Shown here: in pieces, positions 40,630 to 50,431 of the stretch | Numbering within the stretch: position 1 is the stretch's first letter | Layout: each line of letters opens with the position of its first letter | Assembly (NCBI RefSeq): GCF_018977255.1 | Contig: NW_024704742.1 | Coordinates: forward strand, 21,268,001-21,332,000 | DNA from: Callorhinchus milii | Lineage: Eukaryota | Length of the DNA stretch: 64,000 nucleotides | Direction of reading: 5' to 3' | Notes under the pieces: generated by a model | Seen by the model: only the letters and a program-made list of their open reading frames with translations | What the model was told of the DNA's origin: nothing | Database searches by the model: none | Made by a program: the position numbers and the translations under genes

Positions 40630-41425
40630 GTCACCTCAGGTGCCAAGCCAGGAGCTGTCAAGCCAGTCCGGAATCTTGGTATTTTATTTGACCCTCAACT
40701 ATCTTTTCTACCCCACATCTGTGCCATGACTTGCTCTGCCTTCCCTCACCTCCGCAACGTCACCTGACTCTTCCACTGTCTCCTTCCGCAGGCCACCCAA
40801 AACATCATACACGCATTCATAACATCCAGGCTCGACTATGCAAACTCCTTGCTTGTCAGCCTCCTCAAGTCCTCCCTCCATTGGCTGCAGATCATCCAGA
40901 ACTCTGCAGCCCCCGTCCTCTCCCGCACCGGGCTCCGTAACCCTATCACCCCCATGCTCACCCGACTCCACTGGATTCCCATCACACAGAGGGTACAGTT
41001 CAAGATCCTGGTCCTCACCTTCAAAGCCCTCCATGGCCTCGCTCTCCCCTACCTCTGCAACCTCCTAATCCCCTACCAACCTGACTGCTCCCTCCGCTCA
41101 GGGGGCTTCAGCCTGCTTCACTTTCCCCATCTCATCCGCCCCACTATTGACAAGCGGGCCTTCTGCCACTCTACCCCCACCCTCTGGAAATACCATCCCG
41201 CAGTCCCTCCGCCTCGCCCCCTCCCTGCCTCCTTCAAGATCCATCTCTCGACCCTCCTCTTCGACCGTGCTTTCGATCACCCTCCTTCCACCCCGCGATC
41301 ACCCCGCCCTCCAGCCACCCCAATCCCACCCCCTAGCTCAGGTTCGAAACACTGACTGTCCAACACCTTGGGACGTCCTCCCGACATGAAAGGCGCTATA
41401 CAAATGTACTTTTGTTGTTGTTGTT
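40630..41425 (+). mobile_element. L2 LINE 3' fragment (same family as 24480-26527)
   Basis: LQIIQNSAAPVLSRT...[33 protein letters not shown]; tail GGGACGTCCTCCCGACATGAAAGGCGCTATACAAATG(TTG)n. Confidence 0.9.
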
Positions 41426-43149
41426 GGGATATTGTCTCAATGTGAAAGGTGCTTTATAAATACATTTTTTACGATTGTAATTACCCCAACTTTTATCAGT
41501 TTATTTTTATAGGTTCCTATTCGTGAATTTAAAGGACTGTGTATTGCAACTTTATAAAAGATTTACAGTGCAAATCTGATTGACATTTATTCTTTTTTAT
41601 TCTGGGCAATTCAAAACTGATGGTGACTAAGATTGCAACCTCACCAGTGAGGACAGAGTTCATTTGTTTCTTCTCATCACAAAGAACAAAGTAGGTCAGT
41701 CTCCTGGCAGCTCTTCATGGTGAGGTTCTACTGTGCCAGTTTACAATCACAAGTGGTATTCAATGGTCAATTCTGTTCACTCTCATTGCTTTAATTAAAA
41801 ATAACACTGAATCTCACTGTCAAACAGCACCCTATTTACTTCTGTATTTTGTAAACCTCCCCCTGCCATCAGACTTCTTTATTTGGTACTGGAACATGCT
41901 AATAATGTTGTTTATTCATTTTTCACTCTGGTGCTGGTCAGGTCAGGGTGTGTTTAGTGTTGTGCCCATTGCCTGATACTTAGGTATTAAAATCAGGACC
42001 ATTGGGTGCTGAGAATGAGGAGAGTGGGATGGATGTTTTGGAAGAATGGAATTAAAATGCCTGGCAGGCCTTTATCCAATATTTTGTGATAAGGTGAGAA
42101 GCAATAATTGTCCCATATTCTCCATGCTGGACTTAATATCAAATGCACATAAATTGATTATTTATGTGTAAGTAAATCAGTGGTGGTGGTGATGCTGATG
42201 GGTCCACAAGTAAAGTGACTGGATTACTTCCCACTGCCTGTGCTACATGTAATTATGTAATTATGTGGTTATTGGTGTGGATGACTTTGAAAGCCGGACT
42301 TTAATCGGATCTTTCTCTGCATAGAACTCTTCATGGCAACACCTTTCACTGAACTGGAAACTCTGACCATGCTCTTTGCATTGTTCCTGGTTGGTGCAGT
42401 CATTGCTTTTGGGATCTACTCTGAGCACTCGTGGATCAAGAGAGGTGAGGATCCATTCACATTATTAATTGTTCTCTTTGGAGTCTCTCGAGTTTTGCAG
42501 GGCAAAATTTTGTGTCACGGGCAGGCATGTGCTTTTTGCTTCGGATTTACTAAATTACTGTTTCAATCCCATTTAAAATTTGATGTACTACTATGAGGTC
42601 CCCTCCGAGTTATCTTCTCCCAAGACTGCAGAGCCCTGCAGAGTTGCTCATCGCTCATTCCTCTAACACTGGGGACCATCCTCATTGCTATTCTCTCATC
42701 ACCGCACACCGATTGTTCAGCCATATCAACATTCAGACGTAGTGTTTAAACTGAGGTCCCGTAATAATTATCACATTGGGTGCCAGATTTTGTTTAACCC
42801 TTTATCTGACCACATTGAATCCTAATCTGATCAGAGCATCCTGAAGTTACCATGATTTCCAACACTGCACCAGTGGCTTGATGCTATATCTCACCACACA
42901 CTTCACAAGCACACACAATACAACACAAAATTATATTTGTATAGCGCCTTTCACATCGGGAGGTCGTCCCAAAGTTCACATTAGTCAGTCATTGTTATTG
43001 GACAGACACAGGCTCCAGCTCACCAAGAAGGGCAATGTCACTTTGTGAGAATCAGCGGTTTATCTTGAGCAATGCTGTGATTGAAGTTGAGTAGACTCTG
43101 TGGATGGATAGAACTTGCCAAGGGGGAAGCTGAAATTTTAGTTGATTCA

Positions 43150-43740
43150 TTGCTCACTCTGTCAAAATTGTGTGAGGCAGCAATAAATAAGGCGAACAGG
43201 GCTAGGTTGCTAAATCAGTTGAGTTCAGATCCTCAGGCATCATACTCAGGCTGTACAGTACTTTGCTCAGACCATGTCTTGAATACTGCACACAGTTCTG
43301 GCCACTGTGCAGAGCTTTGAGGAGTTTCAGAGGAGAGCAACAAGGATGATCCCCAATATTAGAGGAATGAGCAACAATTAGGCAAGCTAGTCTTGAGAGA
43401 TGACTCAGAGGGGACCTCATAGAGATGTATACAATTCTAAACGGGATTGAAACAGTAAACCTAGATCAATACTTCAGGATGTATCATGACAGTAGAACAA
43501 AGACCTCACAGGTTTAGAGTTATAAATGGCAATTTCAAGACAAATACCATACGTTTTTTCTTTATGCAGGGGCTAATTAACAATTGGAATAGGTTGCCAG
43601 GAAAGGTGGTGAAGGCCAGGACACTGGACTCATTTGAAAAGCAGCTTGATGCAGTGATGGGGGGATGGTAGGGTGGGTGTTCTGGAGGGATGAGATCGGA
43701 TGAGCCGCAAGGCCTTCTTCAAACAGATCAATCTTGTAAC
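43150..43740 (+). mobile_element. CR1-clade LINE 3' fragment
   Basis: Broken ORF2 C-terminal motifs (HV/LEYCTQFW; RRATRMIP; RGDLIEMYTIL; FFMQGLINNWNRLPGKVVKARTLDSFEKQLD). Confidence 0.85.
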
Positions 43741-45809
43741 TAACAGTTGAGCCTCATGTACAGTGGAATCCCATTATAATTCATAAAATCCCAAACTGTA
43801 TAATATCAAAGTGCAATAGTTTTAAACTTATCAATGTTTGCAGAGCCAGTAATGTGAGCTGAAATACTCATTCTCCATAGACTGTACCACCCAGCTGACA
43901 CCATAGTGCAGTAAAGAGGACAGGATTATAGCCAGTCACCACATGTACCTGGAACTGTTTTTTTTAAAAAAAAGTCTACCTACAAATCAAAGCTTGTGTT
44001 TTTTCTGGCAGGAGAACTCTTTAAGGACTCCAGAAATTCTGTGTCATTTGTTGTGTAGCAGAGGTCTCAGGTGATGCCACCACATTGCACTTGCTCTGCT
44101 AATCGAAGAATCACAAGCAATCCAGACCATCAGAGTGTGATCCCAAGGTGTGAAGGATAAGCAACATTGGGGCACAATTCAGCTGCTGCCTTTGCCAACG
44201 TGACAACATTCGCTTCGTTTCTATTTATCTCATCCCACCAAATCTTTCAAGATCTTTCTTTTACGTAAAAGCTCCTCAAGCATCGGAGCAAGATGCACAG
44301 CGCCTGGGAATACCTCCAAATGCACTGAATTGAGGGTTTTGTGAAGACTTGAAGGGATTTCAATCGGGCCCCACGAGATGAGCAAGGAGGGGTTAAGTGG
44401 GGCAAGTGGGACATTATGAGCTCCCAGACAAAGTGTAAAATAACTGCAAAAAAAATATTTTGCTGATATTTGCAGGAATTTTTTTGTCCATAATCTCTTG
44501 CCAAGACAAGGTGAACTGATTGTACTGAGATAGAGGTGTGCGTAACACATGTCTACTGTCCCCTTGTGGTAGGTTCCAATAACTGCATCTATCACCCATG
44601 CCTCAGTTAACTCTGACACAGGACTAAATATCACTTGATGAAAAGCACAAAGAAGTGGTAATTGATAGAATTATCTTTGCAAATTGCAGCCCTGAACAAT
44701 TTTATGGATTTATTAGCACCTTATCCTCCCAACGTGAAAGGTGCAAACCAAATGTAATTTGTTATCGTTGTGATTGGAAGTTTTTTAATTACAGTTATAA
44801 ATTCAGATAAAACACACATTTTCGATGTGCAAAACTTCATGGACAGCTACTGAAAATTCAGCAACAGGAAGAAATTAGCCAGTGCCACACATTGGGGTGA
44901 AGAATGCGGTAAGTGATATGACCACATTGTGGGACAATTCACTCCTGGAGATGGCTTGGTTAATGACGGTGGATGAACACCATCCCTATCCCTGACTTTG
45001 TTCAAGTAGTTGCACCCAAAGCCATTCAGTGCAACCAGTGAACTGGCTTGTGGAACTGTTGAACCCACTGGTATTACGATGCCAGCATTTCAGTGCAGCT
45101 TGGGAATATCAGTTTAACCCAACGTTTAAAGTGCTTTGAGACACCTTGCTGATGTGAAAGGTGCTGTATGAATTTAAATTGCTGCTGTTGTTGTTAAAAA
45201 CAATCCTTATCAAATCACAAAACACACTTTTTACTCAACTTCTTAACCGCCACTTTTTCCTCAGACATTAATAACCCAAATTACTTTTACTGCAAACCTT
45301 TTTCATAAGTGTCTCTGGAGCAAAGAATGTAGCAGCAATCCCAGGTCTTCAGCACTGTGATATCTGAAAGTCACGCATCAATTTTGCAGTACTATTAATG
45401 TCTTTAATAATCATCCATACAGTTGATATAGCATCTTGCATGTCAGGAGAACACCTCAAGGTGTATTTTGTATGCAAACGCTGCAGCCAATTTATGCACA
45501 GCAATGTCCCACAAACAACCATGAATGCCCACCTTTTCAAAAAAACGATTATTGGGGAGGGCACTGGGAGAAACTCCTCTTTTTAAACCGTTCCATTGGA
45601 TGTTTAATGTCTGCTTGAACAGGCATTCAGGACCTCGGTTTAACGTTTCATTCTGAAGGAGAGCAGTAGTATTGCAATGGAGTGTCACCATAGTGTATAA
45701 ACTGAAAGTGGAGAGATGGATCATGCACCTATAACCTTTTGATTCAGAAGCAAGAATGCTACCAACTGAGCCAGGCTGGCATACGACAGCTCCAAGTTAT
45801 TCTAACTTG

Positions 45810-46129
45810 TAATAATATAATAATAATAATCCTTGCATTTGATATTGTGCTTTACACGTCTTCTCGACATCTCAAAGCGCTTCACAGGATATACTGCAAA
45901 GTGAATTGACCGTATATTTGTGGGCGAAACACAGCAGCCAATTGCACACAGCAGTATCCCACAAACAGTCGTGGATTGAAAATGACCAATTTAGTATTTT
46001 TTGTTTTGGAGGGATTATTGTTAGGCGTGTGGAGTAAGGAAACTTGCCCAAGGTTTCACCCTGCCTGGAATTGAACCCAGGTGTCTCGCTTGCAAAGCGA
46101 GTGCTCTAACCACTGAGCTATAGGACTCC
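45810..46129 (-). mobile_element. Young Deu-SINE copy, full length
   Basis: Reverse complement of the 31749 family. Confidence 0.9.
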
Positions 46130-46164
46130 AGGAGATTGCTCCTGTCAACTGAGAATATCTTGAG

Positions 46165-46620
46165 CTTTTTAATCAGGGAGCATCCTCCTGGCGGGAGGGG
46201 GCAGAGGTAAACAAGTTCTCCTTGGAGCTGAACTAGCAACGGAATGTCTGAATGAAGCCAGCCCTCTGTGGCAGTCTTGGTAGTCCGGTTCCTCCGCCAG
46301 GCCAGTCCGCGGTTTTCCAGGGCACTGCTGGCGAGAGCACAGGACCTGAAAGGGGAGACCAGTCACTGGGGGCAGGGAGTCATCCCACTCAGCTTCTGTT
46401 AATCCTGCAAATCAAAGCTCTCACAGAAGAGTGGTCCCAGCTGGACAAGCAGTGGGACAGCTTGCCAGTGATATCATTGGGAATCTTTGTGGTTTTAGCT
46501 GGTTAGACTCCAGCAGTACCTCAACGCACACTGTGGTCCCCAAGCATTGGTTCTTCCTGCCTAATACTTTTCGGAATGAGGTAAACAGGATTCATCTCTC
46601 CAGGAAGAGAGTGCACATTC
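46165..46620 (+). repeat. Unclassified dispersed repeat family (longest copy in the window)
   Basis: AGACCAGTCACTGGGGGCAGGGAGTCATCC recurs inverted at about 22190-22222. TCTCCTTGGAGCTSAACT recurs at 29267 and 37843. Related sequence at about 4990-5260. Confidence 0.65.
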
Positions 46621-46794
46621 CATTCCAACAGTCTATCTCTGGGATTTCCATGTGTAGATGGGGTGCATGGAATTCTGAGTTCAATTTGCATGTGCAGACA
46701 CTCAACTGACCAAAAAAAGACACTTGAGACAGACCTTTGTATAAAGTAACCTATATTGCATTTTTTTCAAAACAAGATCCAGTATACTGTCACA

Positions 46795-46800
46795 TTTATT
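46795..46800 (-). terminator. Candidate polyadenylation signal (AATAAA) of the FREM2-family transcript; implies a ~3.1 kb 3' UTR
   Basis: First canonical minus-strand AATAAA that I saw downstream of the stop and outside a repeat, followed by U/GU-rich tracts (TCTTGTTTTG; GTGTCTTTTTTT). No transcript data. Confidence 0.4.
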
Positions 46801-46976
46801 GATCAATCCTATTAATTCCAAACTACATACAGTCAGAGCTCATAACACATCTTGTTATTACAACCCTCTCTTCCCACCCCCAGTCTTTGTACCAGACATG
46901 TTCCTTGCTCCAAGTTAAGTGGAACCCAATTCCCAATAACATTTCAGAAAGAAGTGTTCCTTTGCCAGTCATCTGA

Positions 46977-47203
46977 GGCCCAAATTTCCATCTAGCCCTA
47001 GCATGTCAGACCATCATGCCTTAAAATTTCAGACATGCAAAATTGTGCAAAATTCTTCAATTCAGTCATAATTTGGAAGCTGGTCTGTTTTTAAGAACTG
47101 TAGGAAACAGGTGTCTGAATAGCAACTGAATTTAAGAATTTTCTACAATTCTGTCCAATCTTGAATTTGAAGACAACTTAAGATTAGGTAGGGTTTCAGA
47201 CCC
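46977..47203. mobile_element. MITE-like non-autonomous DNA element with long imperfect inverted repeats
   Basis: GGCCCAAATTTCC... at the left end and ...GGGTTTCAGACCC at the right. Internal arms AATTGTGCAAAATTCTTCAATTCAGT / ACTGAATTTAAGAATTTTCTACAATT. Relatives lie at about 15205-15365, 17190-17298, 22760-22930, 56824-56990, 58420-58560 and 60350-60620. Confidence 0.65.
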
Positions 47204-47969
47204 TGGGAGCTGGCAGGTTTGACTGTATTTACCAGCTGAATGTTTGCTAAAGGTCAAATTGCAGCTAAAGAGATAATCTCACTGGACTGACAATTCATTG
47301 CTATACATTCACTGAATGTCCACATCAGCAGTTGTAACAAAAGAAAAATAAATCATTCTAAATGCTGTTTATATACACTGGACTCTGTAGTAAAAGATAC
47401 ATTCCTGAACTTTAAAAACAAAGTGAACTACAAGAAAGTGTTGGTCAATTTAGGACTACCAAGAAGACCGCGAGGGAGACTTAATAGTTGCATTTAAGAT
47501 TTTTTGAAGGATTTAGAAAATTTGGATTCAGTTAGCATTTTTCTGCCAAGTTCAAAATTCAAGAATAAATGGTCATTATTTCAAAATAAACAAAAGGGTA
47601 GGAAATGCAAGGAGAATTTTTTTTTTAAAAAAGTACACACTTGCAACAGATTCCTAACACAGGCTCTGTCGCAAAAAGCCATAGAGTTTCAAAGAAGAGC
47701 TAAGTAAGTTCCTGTCACCAAATATAATTAAACATCATTATATTTTAACCTAGATATACCCAAGGAACACTGAGAGAAATGGAAACAAGAACAAATGAGC
47801 ATAATTATCACATTCTCAGGACTGTTAAATCAACCTAATATACTATATACCGTAACTACTGGAAAATGTCCCTAAAACATAACTCATATTTTCTCCAGGG
47901 AAACCTTTCCAGGTCATCTGACACCTGAGATCTGAATTTCAGGGAGTATTTGAACCATAGTCAGAGTCT

Positions 47970-48385
47970 TAATAATATTAATAATCCTTGCATTTGGTAT
48001 ACCACCTCTCATGCCAAAGCACTTCACAAATTATGTTGATTAACTGTGTGTTTTGTGGGCAAATGTAGTAACCAATTTGTACACAGGAATATTCCACAAA
48101 GAGTCATGAAGTGAATGACCAATTTTATTTGAGGGACTTGTTGGCCAGGAAACCTGGAGAGACTCCCTTCTCTTTAGTGCCATGGGATCTTTAACATCTA
48201 CCTGAACAGGTAGACACAGGCCTCTGTTTAACATCTCAACCAAAGGACAGAACCTCCAACCATGCAAGACACCTTCAGCACTGCTTTGAAGTGTCAGCGG
48301 AGACAAAATCATGTCCTGATGTTGGCTTGAACCCACAACCTTTTGACTTAGAGGTGAGAGTGCTACCACCTTCGCCACACTGACA
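47970..48385 (-). mobile_element. Older SacSINE1-like Deu-SINE in the putative FREM2 3' UTR
   Basis: Reverse complement of the 20455-20892 family. Confidence 0.82.
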
Positions 48386-49915
48386 CATTGCATGTCACCG
48401 TAATGCTTGGAGCTTTTCCTGCAGAAAACCCAATTTATGTTGTAGGCACTTTTTCTGGCAAACTCTTTTTCAAGTGGTCGGCATCTGAAAACTGGTCAGA
48501 GAATTCTAATGCAAGCCTCTGTAATGGTGAGATCCATTTAATGTGGTTCACTAAAAGTTATCTAAAACTCCATCCTAAAGCTACATTTTTAGCATATAAT
48601 AGATTGCAGAAAAGTTGTATTACATTGGAGCTTATCACTAACAGTGGCAATCGTTTCACTACAATTAGAAATCCCAATATAAAACCACGGAGAAGGAATT
48701 CTATCCACTCTTAGTGATCGCTGTAAAATACACCATGGTAAAAAGACAGAATAAGATAGTCAGAAAATAGTAATTTTCCCCCAAGGGCATCAAGCAAGAC
48801 ATTTGATTCCCACCATCTCAATGTATGTACAGAGAAACAGAGCTGTACCATGTTACAATAGATTAATGTTCATATACAAGGAACACTAAACTGCTACTGC
48901 TTATATCTACCTTCCATAAATACCTGGAAGATATACTGGAGTTAGCTTGCTCTTCCAGGTATCTTATGTGGACATAATACCTGGAATCCAAAGCAGCTAA
49001 TTCTTCTGTTCTGCCTTGTGTTGTCATTGCTGGGTTCCTTTACAAAATCAGGCCTAACACTGTGTTTATAACAAAGTTTGGTGATGCATCATTAGGATTT
49101 TGGCTGTGGTTCAGTGGCAAATGTCCAGCATAAATGGGAGGGCTCAGGCAACACGCCTCACACTGGAGGCTTGCTCCTGATCCCACCAGGAAGGAAGAGG
49201 TTTTAGGAGCAATACCATTCACACAAATGCAATATAAATGCAACATCGAACATTTCCTGCCAGTCTAAGAAAATAATGAGTAGCTTTTTAAAAAAAAACG
49301 AAACTAAGCACGCAAAACAACTAAATTCTGTACAAGTGATAAAGTATTACGACGTGTTTTGATAATCCTAGGCTCAAATAACAATTAAAAAAGAAACATT
49401 ACAATCCCTTGGGAAAAAAAGCACCAGGTGTGCTGGTGTAGATTGTGGCAGCAGTTTCATAGTTGTCAAAGAACACCAAGGTGCTGCCAATAAAGGGCAA
49501 CACTTTGTGACTGACAGCTCAATATCATACACGCCAAACAGAAGAAACCGACTGCAACGTGTATAAAACATTAAGTGAACAATCTCACGATGCTGCAGGA
49601 GAACGTTAACTTTTGAACATAAATAACTTTCAAATTCATTGACTTGGGTCGTTCTCAGCCACCAAATGCACCTTGACAACAAGTTTAAAGGTTTCCCTAC
49701 TTAAGCCTTGTGCAAATACCCCACCCAGACCGCCCCAACCCTTCCACTCCCAAGTTGTTTCCTCTCTCCCTGTGGCTCTGACTGTTTCAAGACAAGGTAC
49801 TGTTGTGGGTTAAGGTTAAAGCATGGAGATTTGTCCTTTCTTTTTCTCTCCCTGCCCCGTTCATGAGTCTTTTGCATGAGGTGCGGATGGGGGGGATGAT
49901 CCGCTCCCGGCTCGG

Positions 49916-50431
49916 TCACACCTCGGAGCTGTCGCTGCTGCAGCTCTGCCTCGTGGTTACCGTCTCGTTGCTGCCGGCTCGCTGCCCGCTCGCCGGCTGC
50001 TTCCTGCCGTCAGTGTGGTTCCTGCGCTTGAGCAGCAGGATCACGATGATGGCCAGACAAGCCAGGAGCAGCAGGCTGCCAGCTCCCCCCAACAATGGCA
50101 TGAGGCTGCCTTCCGACTCTCCACTGCCAGCAGACAACAGCGGCCTCTGGTGCTGCTCACCCCTGGGTGGATAGTCCTTCTGGGCGATGGCGATTTTATC
50201 AGCCCGGTCCAGCGCTATGTGCTGGATGTTGGTACCTCTGTTCTTCTCCTTTCCAATTTCTTGGGCAACATCGGGTGCCTGGGGTGCCGCCCGACGACTG
50301 CGGCTGAGGCCTGTGGAGGACATCGAATGGTGCAGATAATCCAGGCTCCTCTTCCCAATTCCTCGGTTGGCATTTTCCTTGGAGCGCACGGTGTAGATGA
50401 TGTGGATGTACCACTCACGGCCAGCTGCCAC
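49916..50431 (-). CDS. FREM2: FREM2-family terminal coding exon: furin sites, transmembrane helix, cytoplasmic tail with PDZ ligand
   Basis: ccctccag| acceptor; [29 protein letters not shown]...RSRR...[12 protein letters not shown]...; hydrophobic [25 protein letters not shown] followed by KRR; ends SDSSEV-TGA (stop at 49916-49918). Confidence 0.94.
   Translation of the reverse strand: MAAGREWYIHIIYTVRSKENANRGIGKRSLDYLHHSMSSTGLSRSRRAAPQAPDVAQEIGKEKNRGTNIQHIALDRADKIAIAQKDYPPRGEQHQRPLLSAGSGESEGSLMPLLGGAGSLLLLACLAIIVILLLKRRNHTDGRKQPASGQRAGSNETVTTRQSCSSDSSEV

Noticed and set aside
42333..42596. 87-aa hydrophobic ORF (MATPFTELETL...) as a small membrane protein
   Set aside because: No family resemblance that I recognise, its 3' end overlaps an antisense CR1 fragment, and T-rich DNA yields hydrophobic ORFs by chance.
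44230..44634. 134-aa minus-strand ORF
   Set aside because: No recognisable homology, a non-ATG start and no supporting splice structure.
50156..50164. Integrin-binding RGD-like motif in the FREM2 stalk
   Set aside because: The sequence is RGE, which is not an RGD ligand.
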